The position numbers and the translations under genes are program-made. A stretch of DNA of 64,000 nt. Source: Auanema rhodensis (Eukaryota > Animalia > Nematoda). Below are positions 38,401-51,778 of the stretch, one piece after another. The stretch is from assembly GCA_964057225.1 (NCBI GenBank), contig OZ059897.1:5642001-5706000 (forward strand), written 5' to 3'. Position 1 is the stretch's first letter. Every line of letters starts with the position of its first letter. The notes below the pieces were generated by a model. The model was not told the DNA's origin and made no database searches. It saw nothing but the letters and a program-made list of their open reading frames with translations.

Positions 38401-41400
38401 GATTTAGTATAAACCAGATGTATAACTGTGAATGTTGAAGAAAAATAATTGAACACAACGACAGAATTAGTCTAATGAATCTATGGTGAGCATTTGATTC
38501 TGGGATTTCGTTTTAACAAATGGTTTCAGCATTGATTCATACCCCAAAAAATGGTAAAAAAAAACAGAGAAATTAAATGAAATTGAGTAATATTTGAAAA
38601 AGTATTTTCAAAGCTGGAATCAGAAGACTAAGCATGTGAGAGACGAGAAAAATAGATAGAGACAAATGAGATGAGATACGTAGAAAGACAAAAGGTGATA
38701 TCGGAAATGATTAGCCGTGGACGTAGCATTTAGAGATGAAAATGGTGCTCATTACTCCTAGACTCCATTGCAGGAATTTAATGAATTTGCGATCTCATTT
38801 GATTTCATTTGGGATCCTTTGTCTACATGTAGCTGGTGTCATCGATAATTTTCTTTCTGGCTTACTCTGTCACACTCTGCTCAAGCTTTGAATGTGGGAT
38901 TTTCTACACAAGACTGTGTGTGTGTATGTGTTTTCATGTAATAGTCTGTGGATGTAACAAGAATATTAGAAGACGAGAACTACGAAACTTATTTAGATCA
39001 AAACTGAGATGAAATATGAAAGATTTATAATTTTCCGCTAATATCAGAAACAGAATTACTAAGTAGTAAAAGTGAAATAAAGTGAACGAGTTAAGGGAAA
39101 TGAGTAAGAGAGAGATATATATATATAGAGAGAGAGAGTGAAAAAGAAGAAGAAAAGAAAAGAGATTGAGAGAGAAATGGTATGTGACTGAACATAAAGA
39201 GGGATAGAGAGAGAGAGAGAGGTTTAAGATGAGTGGAAGGAGAGGAAGTGAATAAAACGGAAAAGTGCGAAATATCTATTTTTGAACCGAGTTGCTCATC
39301 TTTTCTCATAATATTTAAAAGGAATCTGAAGAATAGCAAAGCAGTAATAGGAAAGAAAACGTTTCAAATTATCTTGTTATTTGACCAGATGATATGGTCT
39401 CAAATTCTATAAAATAAAAATCTGTGAATAAACTGAGAAAACGAATGCAAAGAAGTACTCAAATTTATTTTTTTCCGTTTCTCTCTTCATTTTCGGTTTT
39501 TTATCTCCTTCTCTCTCTCTCTCCCTGTTATTCATTTTCTAGCCTCACATTCAATCTCTTGTATACGAGTTTGTCTTTCATTTCTATTAAATTTTCCCCA
39601 ACTTTTTCTAATCAGTCATATTAGTTTCATCTTCTTTTTTTTTACTTTTTTTTCTTTAATTTCTCTCTATAGATACATCTATCAGTCTGAATATCTACTT
39701 GTCTCACATCCTAGAATACTTCGTTGTCAACGTCTCATCATATGTTCGGTGTATCTGAAGGATTGTGAATGTTTGTCATCCAGACAAAGCACAGCTTTCC
39801 AAGATGGCATACGAGATGAAGGGTATAAAGACGAATATACATATACACATTCTCATAAGGATGAAATAACACATATGTACATATACACAAAGAAGTTGCT
39901 CATATACTTCTATATATTCTACAAGATGAGATTACGTATGTTTTGACCGCTATGACTTTCGTTTATAGTGTTATAGTAAAGAAAAGAAAAAAAAAATGTC
40001 TTCTCTTGACTAACTCTGTGGTCTTAAGTATGCTTATGTAGATATAACAATAGCAATTTCAGAAAATACAAGCACAAAAATGAGGAAAAGCGAGAGTAAG
40101 GATATTATTTTCAAACAAACGAATGCCAAAAAAAACTTTTGTTATCCCTCTCTCCTCTTCAACCATCGTGACTTGCCTTTCCCTCCCTTTCCATTGCCTT
40201 CACCAAAATTATTTTTTGCTGTATCAGCAAACTTTGAGCATAATAATCTCCCGGCCTTAGCAACATCTCCACGTGTATATGAGAATAATTAATTGAGTTT
40301 AGTTGTCTTATATCCTGAGAGAAAGAGATAAAAAATAAGTAGATATACTTGAATGTTTCTTAGTATCAACATAGAATATTCTACAGCGCGTTGGGATTAA
40401 TGATCATTGCCTCAGGGCACAAACCAATATGATGATGAAAGAATTTAAAATAACTAAGTGTATGTGTGTCTGTGTAGAGAGAGAGAAAGAAATAAAATAG
40501 AAAATGAAACAGTAATCATAACTTGCAATGATGGCATATTATAAATTATAATAAATGAAAAATTATAAATTATAAATGATCATCCAAGATCAATTAATTT
40601 TATTTGGAAAGAGACTGAATATTCGGCGTCAAATCATAATTTCTTTTTAAATAATTGAATTGGTTAACAACTATTTTGAGTTATTTTCGTTTCTTACATG
40701 CTTACCAACACGTACCGACATTCATTTACCTATTGAACAATCTATCAAAGTAGTAAAGTACACATAATGACCAAAACTTCTCAACTTTTTGGTTGTGGAC
40801 AAGTTTAACGTATTCACTCTATGCATAGCAGCAATTAAATTTTCTCATAGCATTACTATGAATGCAAAATGTTCAGAGAGCAATTGCAAGAATGAGATAA
40901 ACAGAAACGTGAACTACATGGGTCACGTGAGCTGTACGTGAGAATGTTGTTTCATTTGCATTGTTGCTTTCGCACAATACGGTTATTATCATATATTTTT
41001 GTTGTAAAATAATGAAATTATTTTTAAATTTGCAGAAAAAAAAATACCTTGAACTGCTGGAACATGTGGGAAATCTTTCATCCAAATCTGGAAGGCGAGG
41101 ACTGAATGGTCGAGGAGATGCCGGCGATCGTGGCACTGCCGGAAGGCGACGACTGGATTGCGGAGTAGTTGGCAGCGAGCTATAATATCTGATATCTTTT
41201 TCAATTGAAAATATAATATAAATTCTATTGTGTGCAGATTTTGCATTAAAAAAAAAACAAAAAATAGTAGTAAATTATATAGAATTATATGAAAAAAATC
41301 CATATATTATGTTATATTGTGTTTAGTTATAATAGAATATATAATGATCTTCAGATACTTACCGACGACCACTTCCAGGAGATAAAGGTGATGAAATAGG

Positions 41401-41487
41401 TTGCAAACGTGTCGAGAATGTAGGTGATTGCGGTGGAGCAAGATGAGTTCGAAACGAAACCGGCAGCGATACACGACGTGAGCTCAT
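32304..41487 (-). CDS. RGK-family (Rem/Rad/Gem-like) small GTPase with long N-terminus and large 5' introns
   Basis: Exons near 41360-41487, 41048-41182, 35154-35205, 33640-33677 and 32304-33582. Motifs: LRSFAYKNGAVIDNG, degenerate G1 YGSKNTGKK, VVYNIDSRDSF, LVANKVDL, FVEVSA, C-terminal AKSCEEI. Linkage of the 5' exons is inferred from phase compatibility. Confidence 0.7.
35389..35454. repeat. (TA)n microsatellite with inverted flanks (palindrome)
   Basis: ATCATAAAGC-(TA)~17-CATATAGATATA-GCTTTATGAT. Confidence 0.8.
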
Positions 41488-43198
41488 GTTACTGATGAAA
41501 ACTGTTTGAAATGAGATGAAGAGAAATACAAAGACTAGAAATATTTCCAGAGAATATCTATTTTTGTTTCTGAAAAACAGTTCAGATTGTGGAGCAAGTT
41601 TCATAGACCAAACAACAATACAGTAAAAATAGAATAATTATGGGAAAATTATTTTGTGGAATTGTGAAACAAGAAAAAAAGTGAAATGAATAGAATGATA
41701 TGTATAGATATCAGTACATAATATAAGAAAAAAAGCATGTTAAAACGAGTACTTAATGATATGAACATGCTCATATAGGCTACGTAATCTTCCAGCTTGT
41801 GCTTATGTCCTCTTTCTTACCCAATATATATATGGCCCGAATATCCTTTTTTACTTTTTCATTCTAATATACACACTCTCACATCTTTTGATTTTCTTTC
41901 GTTCTGACCTTAATCATGGAATATGACAAAGATGAAAAACTGAAGAATAAAAGCAAAAAAAGGCAAAAAAACAAAGAAAATTAATAGAATACTTAGATAA
42001 AACAAGCTAAGAGAGGGTGATTAGGATGAGAAGACAATGTATAAAGAAGAGAAAAAAGAAAGAGGTAAACTGAGCTAAAGAAGAATAGGAAATAGATTCA
42101 TATCTTTTGCTTCCCTTTTCTCTAAAATAAACATTTGTTTCGTAGAATACGTTACATGGCTTATAGCATATATAGAGATAATTAACCTTCTGCAGCTTAG
42201 CTTCACAATTCCTATATATCCAGCAAGATATCTATGAAGAAAGAAAGCGAAAGCATCAACTAGTTGTTCAGTAAAGTATTCATATTTGTCAGAGCTGACA
42301 AGTGCGACGACATAATCTGTGCACAGAAGAATATAAGACGAAACGCAAAAAGCTTGATAGGATTTGAAGGATATGTGTTTGTACATTCATTCATACATGT
42401 AAGTATGTGTATGTATGTGTGTGTGTGTGTATATATAGATGATGATCAAATAACAATGATTGAAATAACAATTATCATTTGAGAATAGCAGTAAATGAAA
42501 ATTGAGTCCTAAAAAAGTAAAAATTGAGGAAAAATAGAGGAAAAACGTCAAAATGAAACAATACTACACAATGAAGTGCTGAAAATGCTAAATTGTTCAC
42601 TTGAAATGGATTCATGACTAAGTGACAAACAATGAAAAAATATGTGAGTGAAAGTGAGCGAGTATATGTATATGTGTGAGCAGCGAAGATGGAGACTAAG
42701 TCCTTCTATGGAGGCTCTTTGACTCTCTGTGATGGAGGTAGAAGTAAGATTGAGATGAAGAACACTAACAAGAGAAAGAGAAAGAGAATAGAATAGAAGA
42801 GAAAAGGATGAAAATGCAAGATTGAGCTGATTTTATTTGAAATAGAAGAATAAAGAAAATAAAGCAAAAACTAGAATAGCTTTTTCAGCGAATGATCTGT
42901 CATCAACAACATGATTGCCATCAATAAGTTTGACGTAACTCCTTGAATCCATAAGCTTCAGCTCATTCTTTGAATTTCTAAGTCTTCAACTTAAAATTCA
43001 ACAGATTGCACTTTGATTGTATAGTTCTTTTATTTAAAAATATGAAAAAAGGAATATAGCAGCATAATGACTGGTTTCTTATTTCTAAAGATATGAGGTC
43101 CTTGTGTCTTTGGAAACCTTATATATAGGGGGAATATAGATACATGACCATGTATATGTACACACGATTCCAAGCAAAAACATTAATTCATCCTAACT

Positions 43199-43229
<31 letters not shown>

Positions 43230-45525
43230 ATATAGTTAGTATTACGATATTGTATTAATAGTACATGAACATCGCTACTTAAAAGACATGTAAGTTAATG
43301 CTGTCAGCTGTTCCTCCATCTATTCTCGTCCTCATCCCCCTCCTCCTCCTCCTTGTTTTACGTTTGACCAAAACCTCCAACCTACTGCGTTGAATTTTAT
43401 ATGAGACAGATAATTTTTTTTTCAAACAGAATATATTAGTAAATGATTAGTATTTCAGTTTAAAATATCAATTTTACATTTATAAAAGCATAATGTTATC
43501 ACGTAATATGACTGACTATAAGCTGAAAATTATAGATTATAAACTAACTTTTCATAATAAGTTGATAGACAGACAGGCTGGACTATTCAACAACTTTCAT
43601 CCTTTTTCTCACTCCCGCCTCTTTTTTCCAACAAGTAATAGAAAAAAACAGATAGAACTTTGAATACTATGTGAGTACTAATATCAATTGATGTCTGGTT
43701 AAAGGAAACGGGCAAATGTCTTCGAAAAATAAAATCTATTATTAGAATTTTTGTGAATTATATGAGGTTGCAGCTAGACTGAACATGAATTCAATCTGTC
43801 GAAGATTTGAAGAAAACGAGATTTACGCTAAACACAAAGCATTAACCCTACAAGAAGAAAAATACAATTTTGTTTGAAAAAAAAAGCAAAAAAAAGGTTT
43901 TTAAGACGAGGAAGAGAAGAACATATCTAAAAGATAGAAGAAACAGATAGGAATATGGTTAGAAGACCTTGATAGTGCTGGAAACCAAAAAGGTTTGCTT
44001 TTCGCTTGGCTATTCTGTTTCCTTCATTTCATTGTTAATTTCTTCTGTTGTTTTGTTAAGATTAAGAGAGAAATAAGAGTGAAAAATACGGGATTATCAT
44101 ATAATTGAAGTCAATTATCTAATTATATCAATTCGTTGTGGAAAATGAGAGACGAGAGTATAAAAAAAGTATATGAAGCTTTATCTATATATGATATAGC
44201 CAATAGTGCAATATAGAGTATTCATTAAAACTTTAACAGCTTGAACAATCTTAAATTCTTACTAAATTGTATTAAATCTACAGAATACAAATTGAATTAT
44301 GAATACAATCCATTGAATTTCTTTCCTTTCAATCCTCTCACCATTTAGCATTTGGAGAATTATTATCATTGCAATCTTAGCTAATTATATTCGTATACTG
44401 AAATGTATCCAGATTTGTATTTGTTTTCAAGAAAATTTAACTTATTTCTGATAAATTGTTCCAAAAATGTATGAAAATGAAGCTATTTATTGATATTTAA
44501 CGAACTATGTATGAAAACCTTTTTTTGTCATTTTCTTGTACTTTGCACACACACACATACACACACTCACACATACACATGTTTACTATATCTAAATGAC
44601 AAAATAACAATTAGAAAATGCTTAAGAAAGTCCGTACATATCATTAATTGAATATTTATTATATAATATATATATATATGAAAAGAATAATATTCAATTA
44701 ATTCTCTTATAAGGTTTGAAGTTTTTAAAAGGAGGAGGTTGGCGGTAGATGAGCATGTAAAATTCAAATGACAACGACACAAACAAATGCTTCAAGCAAT
44801 TGATGAACGGAGTCAAAAAACATTTGGAAAACACACAAAATTGAGTATGATGGTTTAGAAAGCAAGAGGACACAAGCACGCTATATAGCGAAGTAACTAT
44901 TATGACACGAAAAGGATGTGAATAGAGAGGGAAACTTGACTTGATATCAAGATAGGGAGCATAGTCTGGATACTCCTGATCATATGTGTCTCCTGATATG
45001 GATAAAAATTATTCAGTTTGTTCTTTTCTTCTTTTTCATTATCATATTCTCATATTTGGAATGAAAATTTGAAACAGCATGACTGACGTATGCGTGTTAG
45101 TTGAAGACAATTATGGAAATTGAGACTAAATGCTGTAAGAGTCCAGGTGATAAGCGGTATAAGCTATGCTGATATGGCGATCATATGGACTCCATAAGAT
45201 ATTTCATTGAATATATACTCCAAAACTTAAATAAAGAGAAAAAAAACTTTTCATTTTAATTCGATTGTTAGGAAGCTTATTCAGATTTCTATTGCGAGCT
45301 CGGTATTACATGATATATTGTGATTGTACATATATGATATAAACTATATAATTTCGTAAATTTATATTATTTAAATGAAAAATAATACTCAAAATTTGAA
45401 AATATGAACCTATGAGTTATTGATGTTATATAAGCAAAAGTATAAAACCTTCAACAGGAAGATGCAATGAAAACATATGCATTCACTATGTAAATATTAT
45501 ATTTTTCTTGAAACTTATCATATTT

Positions 45526-45528
<3 letters not shown>

Positions 45529-45594
<66 letters not shown>
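45529..45594. repeat. (TA)~33 microsatellite
   Basis: Uninterrupted TA run. Confidence 0.95.
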
Positions 45595-45601
<7 letters not shown>

Positions 45602-46778
45602 TTATTTCTAAATTTTTGTATTCTGATCTACTATGATTCATGATATTTTAGAAGAGTTTCGTGTAAACTCTGAATTTATAGACAAAGTACAAAGAAAAAC
45701 TTTTTTTATTGGATTTGAAGTAGAAGTGTTGAACTTAAAAAATCAGAAAACTAAAAACATTTCAAACTATAAATCATCATAAAACTATGTGTGATTACAA
45801 ATAAAAATATATAATATGTGAATCCAAATCAATATCTACAGTTCATATTCATATCCAACAATTTTTATTTTAAATAAATGAAGATCATAATTAGTATATT
45901 TTAGTTTTTGTCTAATTATTCTTTCTCTATACTTCACTAATTGACTTTTCAAAATCTTTTATTTTTTGAAATAACATATGGGGTCAGTAGTGCCACTGCG
46001 AGCAAGAACTCGTATAATGCAACCGCGTCCAGCGAAGTAAAACGTTAAAATGAAAATTAATTGAAGACTAATGGTAAAGTGAAAATTAAAATGACGTAAT
46101 ATGGTTTTTCAGGGTTAGTTCATAACTTAAACGAATGAACAGATAGAATGGACTAAAGGGTGGGGATGGTGGATAAAGATAAAGATATAATTCTTAAAAA
46201 CCTAGCATAGGATATACATACATCTCGCTTGATGAATTATCATGCTATATAGACGTTTTGGGAGTTAGGATTTTGAATTTGGCAATAGAGAACAACGAAA
46301 AATGGAAAAACATCCAATGGTGAACGATTTTTAAAGTATCTCGGGAGCAATAGCACGTGAGAAATGAATTCAAGTTTTCGGTAAGAGCAACTTTTTGTAT
46401 AAATAAAGTTAATTAAGAGAGAAAATAGAATGATAGGAAAAGAAAACAACAAAGAAAGAGAGAGAGAGAGTGAAAGAGAGCTGTAGAGATGATTGTGTAG
46501 AGTAGTGCTTTTGTTTTCGAGTATTCCAGTAATAATTGTCAAACTGCTGAGACCCTTTTGCCGTTTTCTTCAGTGAATCAGTTATTCGGTTCAGTTCTTT
46601 TGATGAAAAATTAAAAGCTAATCCAACCACTTGATTCCTTTTCTGCATAATTTATAAGAAAAGTTTGATCTTTAGTTGATTCGTTTAAATATGATAATAT
46701 GATATTTGAAAAAGGATAAAAATTAAAGAAAATATTAACACTATATTCTACCATTTATTATTATGCCACTTCATGAAA

Positions 46779-46788
46779 ATTATTATTA

Positions 46789-46825
<37 letters not shown>

Positions 46826-46830
46826 ATTAT
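46779..46830. repeat. (ATT)n microsatellite
   Basis: Imperfect ATT run just downstream of the NHR stop codon. Confidence 0.85.
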
Positions 46831-46840
46831 GTATGAGATC

Positions 46841-48714
46841 TTAATTCCATTGGATTTCCGATAAATCCAGTATTGTTAACAGTTGTTTGAAATTCTCAAA
46901 AGCTTGTATTAGAGGTGATAAAAGAAGAAGAATATTCCCTATTCTTGTTGAAGTATCACATCCTAAATGAACATATTGTATAAGCTGCTTGAAAAGTGCT
47001 GGAAGCTGAATTACCTGCTGCTGTTAGAGTCATTGATGTCTCCGTTAATACTGCCGAAAACAAAAGTTGCGAAGGACTTGTTCGTCGCATAGCTGGAACT
47101 GAAAGTTTTTAGTACAACTTTCACCTGGATAATATCCATAAAGCCTTGTTTGGTGTGGGATATATGTTAGCATGTGGCGAGATAATCACTTTTAGATAAC
47201 TGACCTATTTGAAAGAGAGCTGAGAAGAATAGCAGAGCTGTTTCCGGCTCATCAAGTCGAGCTGCTTGCAAAGATCTAGACATGGTGTGCACCAAGAAGT
47301 GTAAACACGAGTAGGAGAGCCTAACAATATTCTTTTTTCATCATACTTTTGCACTTTGTTTGGCATTTTTTATGATTAAACTGGCTATTTGCACTCTTTT
47401 TGAAACATTAAGAAACGTTACCTGGCAAGGCATGCTGGATCTCGAGCTGATTGTTCATTTACATAAAATGCTTTCAAAGAAGTTTCAGAAATATCAATAT
47501 ATGACATATTGGGAAGAATTAAACGATCTAATTGAAGACCACCGTATACTGCTGTAGTTATACAAGTTTCATGTATAAAGAACATAAGAAAAAGATCTCG
47601 AATTAGGCTGCTCTATAAAAAAAAGAAAAAAGATTAGTATTTACAAATTACTGAAAAAAGAAAGATTTTTATTGGTTTTAAAAGTTCGGGTTACACTTTA
47701 CCTTGTCCAATTGATGCCACTCCAAATCAACCATAAAATTATCCTGTTCTTCAAAATCGCCAAAAAAATTCAAAATGTCATTGTATATGGAGATTAGTCG
47801 ACGGAAAACCCGAAATTCTGCTGTGAGCGTTAACTTCAAGGTTTCGAATGTAGCTTTAACTCCGGGCTAAAATAGTTTGTTGGATAATTGAGATTAAATA
47901 TATGGAAGAAGAGGTTTTCATTCAGCTTACATCGTATCTTATGCTCTGAAACGATACCAATTCTCGTCTTAGATGAATCAGCATCTCCAAGTGAGAACCA
48001 GCAACAATCTGTCTCAGAACTCCAGGTGGGCTTCGTCGCTCTGAGCATGCTGATCGTTTGGCTCGAACTTCTGCGAAAACATTTTAAAAATTTAAAACAG
48101 ATTTTCATGATACCATGAGGCAGCATTCCGGATTGCAAACATTTGAGAAATCGACAAAACCTACACACGCCACCTCGTTTAAGCGCTTCTAAATGCAAAT
48201 GTTGGAAAAGAAAAAAAAATAATAAAGGAAATTTATAAAATTATCCGATAATCACTTCTGAAGATTATTTCATATTAAATCTTAAAACGAGTGAAAGTAA
48301 GAAATATCTATCCTAATTTCCTGTACAATGATATCATTTTTAAAAATAAAATTTAGAACTTTCAATATTATTTAGATATATAAATCTAATATATATTCTT
48401 ATTAACTCTAGATAAAAACTAACCAAATTGAACATTACAATTCCTTGAATAACACGAGTACACTTTCTGATCCGAGATACTTCTTCTGAAATCAAACAAA
48501 TATTTAATACAAATCACAACTTCTCAATATGATATTGTCACAAAGTATATCTTTAAAGATTTTTATTTTATAAATGGTTTTACCTAAAAAATGCTCCGCA
48601 AGCAGCACAGCATATTGCTCCAAAGTGATATCCATCAGCACGATCACCGCAAATGCTACAACATAAAATCACAGAAGATGAACGTTGAAAGTCGTTCCCA
48701 CTTTTGAGAATCAT
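46841..48714 (-). CDS. Nuclear hormone receptor (nematode-expanded NHR type, multi-exon)
   Basis: C4 zinc fingers [28 protein letters not shown]...CYSRNC...CRFCRFLKCLQSGM; LBD motifs RLDEPETALL and RIGNILLLL. The start and some LBD exon junctions are uncertain. Confidence 0.88.
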
Positions 48715-51061
48715 ATTGTTATCCACTGTCTAAAAAACATTAAAAACTTAAAAGGGGAATGAAAAAAAAGAATAAAATTTAACAAATCATAGTATCAGTT
48801 AGTCTTACATGAAATAAGAAAGCCAAACACAAGTTGACAGAATTAGTAAAAGAGTTGTTAGTAAAAGACACAACGAAAAGGGAGGAGAGGGTGGGAGGGA
48901 TAAATTAGTCTAATCCTTCCAATAAAGCGATTTTATATGATTATTCTGAGTTAATAAGCCAAAAACGATAAGAAGCTGCCTGGAATTATTTAACCCGTTT
49001 AATATACCCTTAGTTCTTTTATCCATCCTTTATATATAAATACAAATTTCAAAAAAAAATATATCCGTTCCTTGAAATGTAATTGATAAATTAAAGTTAT
49101 GTGTTATTTATACATATAATATATACATATAAGCCTATAAACTGAGAGATTTTGAGAGAGCATTTCATAAAAAAATTGGCTTTTCTTCTTTAAAATCAAG
49201 ATTTTTCGAATTTAAAATTAAAATAAGCTAACATGACTTAAATCAGAAAAGCAAAAAAACGAGAAAATTGTTTCAAAGCCTGGAAGATTACATAGATCGG
49301 GACGTGGCACAACAAAATACATAGAATTATATGTATACATATGTGATATATAATATATAGTAAAATTTGAAAAAAACTGCAAGAAGAAGCAGAGAAGTTT
49401 ATTTGATAAGCAGTTCAAACTGATTTCTTCAAACTTTTGTCTTATATACAAAAAGTAAGTCGTATTTATTGCGGGGGAGTGCTTACATTAAACTGATTTC
49501 GACATACTTACATGGATTAGCTCATCCTCAATCAAAAGATAATCTCCGGATTAGCTAGTTTTTAACAAGAACTTTTTTATCAGGATCCCACCTTTTCTTG
49601 AGCTAATTTTGATCTGATTGAGGATAATTAATAATATATGTATTTATAAATATATATATAAATACATATATAAATATATTATATAAATGCATCTTGTGTT
49701 ATCTTTAACCTTGTATAATCAAAACTTGAGCATAGCATGGTGAACGTTGATTTTAAAATTATTTTAATAATAAACACGTGTGAACAATATATTATATACT
49801 ATTTACATATAAACAATTCTAGTGATTTTTATTATTTAATACATTTTTTAAAAAATAAATACATAAACATATATATATATATTTATGATTCATTCATTTG
49901 TTTAATCGATTTCACTTTTATTTCATTTTTTTTAAATGACAGCAATGATCGGTTGGTTTCGTGTCGTGCTTCGTTTGCATACGCATTAATACCATACATC
50001 ACACTCTGATTCAAATAACTTATGAAGTTTTATTATATTTTTGAAAGCAAAATCGTAATTAGTTAATTTGAAACCAAAATATACTTCACAAGTTCATACG
50101 GATCAAAAGATATGATAATTCAATGAATAACTTCTTTTACTATGAAAAAGTAATAAGCTAAATGTTTGATAGATTATTCCATAACTTGCCATATTATACT
50201 TTTTTTCATGATAACATGACTAGCAGAAGATCGTATCAATTTCTACCCCAGTTGTATACGAAAATTGAAACTGTTCCTTATCTGATTATACATAATTAAT
50301 TGTTGATTCAAGGACAAACAGGTTCATTTCATGGGATTTTATACAAGATTATATGTATATTAATTGTTTTCCATTTGTTTTTATAAGAAAACAAATCATC
50401 ATTACATCTAAACAGTCAAGTAGTATATGCGGAGGAGGATTTGGTTTCCAAGCTTTTAAGAAGCTTATGCTCTACGCCCATGTTACTTTCAGATAAATTA
50501 CATAACTAGTAATTAAGAAACTATAAAGAACAGAACATTGGTGAACAAAAACAAGTAAATTCCATAAGAAAGAAAGTTCTTGAAGCGAATCCCAGGAAGA
50601 AAATCAAGACATTCTCTGAATCGCTTTACAATGAAGTTGAATCTTTCTTTAAATAGAATAAGAACGCATAATCTTAGCTATTTTTAGTAAACTTCCTTGA
50701 ACCATTTTTAGCTTTCCTCCTCCATATCAGGATTCTCTACTCAGTATTCCCCGTATATTGCTCAACATGACGTCTTAATCACATGAAAACTTACACAGAA
50801 TCACTTTATATGATGACAACAAAACACGTTTTTAGTACATCATATGTATCCAACAAATCCAAAAGAATCATTTTCTCCCTGAAACCAAACCCTTGATCAC
50901 TGAAATCAGGAATTTCTAAAACCTAACAGTTCATCCTGAAAGGACGCCCATTTTGCCGCCAAAACAAATTCAAATAGTACAAGCAGATGGTACTAAACAA
51001 ACAACACAAAAAAGGAAAATAATTTTATACAAGAGATCATAAGTATTTGAGAAGCAATTGT

Positions 51062-51077
51062 GGCCCTAAAGAGGGCC
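51062..51077 (-). promoter_or_regulatory. Histone mRNA 3' stem-loop
   Basis: Minus strand reads CCAAC-GGCCCT-CTTT-AGGGCC-ACAAT, 30 nt after the H1 stop. It has a 6-bp stem and 4-nt loop with the canonical flanks. Confidence 0.93.
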
Positions 51078-51107
51078 GTTGGGTTAGGTTGTTTTCAGCC
51101 AGCAGAC

Positions 51108-51778
51108 TTAAGCTTTTGGCTCAGTAGCCTTCTTAGCCTTGGGTTTGGCTGTAGCCTTCTTAGGGGCCTTAGCCTTCTTCTCGGTCTTGGGCTTAGCAGC
51201 AACTTTCTTGGTGACCTTAGCCTTCTTCTCCTTAGTATCAGCCTTCTCGGATTTTGGCTTCTTGTCTTTCTTGACGGTCTTGGTCTTGGGCTTGGCAGCA
51301 GCCTTCTTTGGAGATTTAGCCTTCTTTTCACCAGCAGCCTTTGGGGTCTTGACCTTCTTGACGGCGGGTTTCTTGGCAGCAGCCTTCTTTGGAGACTTGG
51401 CTACCTTTGGCTTTTTCTCTCCGAGCTTGAAAGATCCAGAAGCTCCGGTTCCCTTAACTTGCTTAAGGTCTCCCTTAGCGACGGATCTCTTCAAAGCCAA
51501 ACGAAGGTGAGCGTTGATCTAAAAACATTTCATAAAAAAAAGAATTACTATTATATATTTACCTGGATAACATTCTCTCCAAGACTGTAGTGGGCAAGAA
51601 GATACTTGAGGATGGCTGGCTTGGAAGATCCGGTCTTCTCCTTAAGCTCGGTAACAGCCTTTCTGATCATATCAGAATAGCTTGGATGGGATGGAGCTTT
51701 CTTGACGGCTTTAGGCTTGGAAGCCTTAACCTTAGGAGCAGGAGAAGCAGCCGGGGCAGCAGGAGCAGCAGCAGACAT
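51108..51778 (-). CDS. Linker histone H1 (~208 aa, one 44-nt intron at 51519-51562)
   Basis: Globular domain [29 protein letters not shown]...[15 protein letters not shown], then a Lys/Ala/Pro-rich tail with SPKK motifs. Confidence 0.97.

Noticed and set aside
36256-46648. Numerous 60-100 aa ORFs rich in F/L/S/I/Y
   Set aside because: They are low-complexity translations of AT-rich and microsatellite DNA with no splice-consistent or family evidence (apart from the RGK exons).
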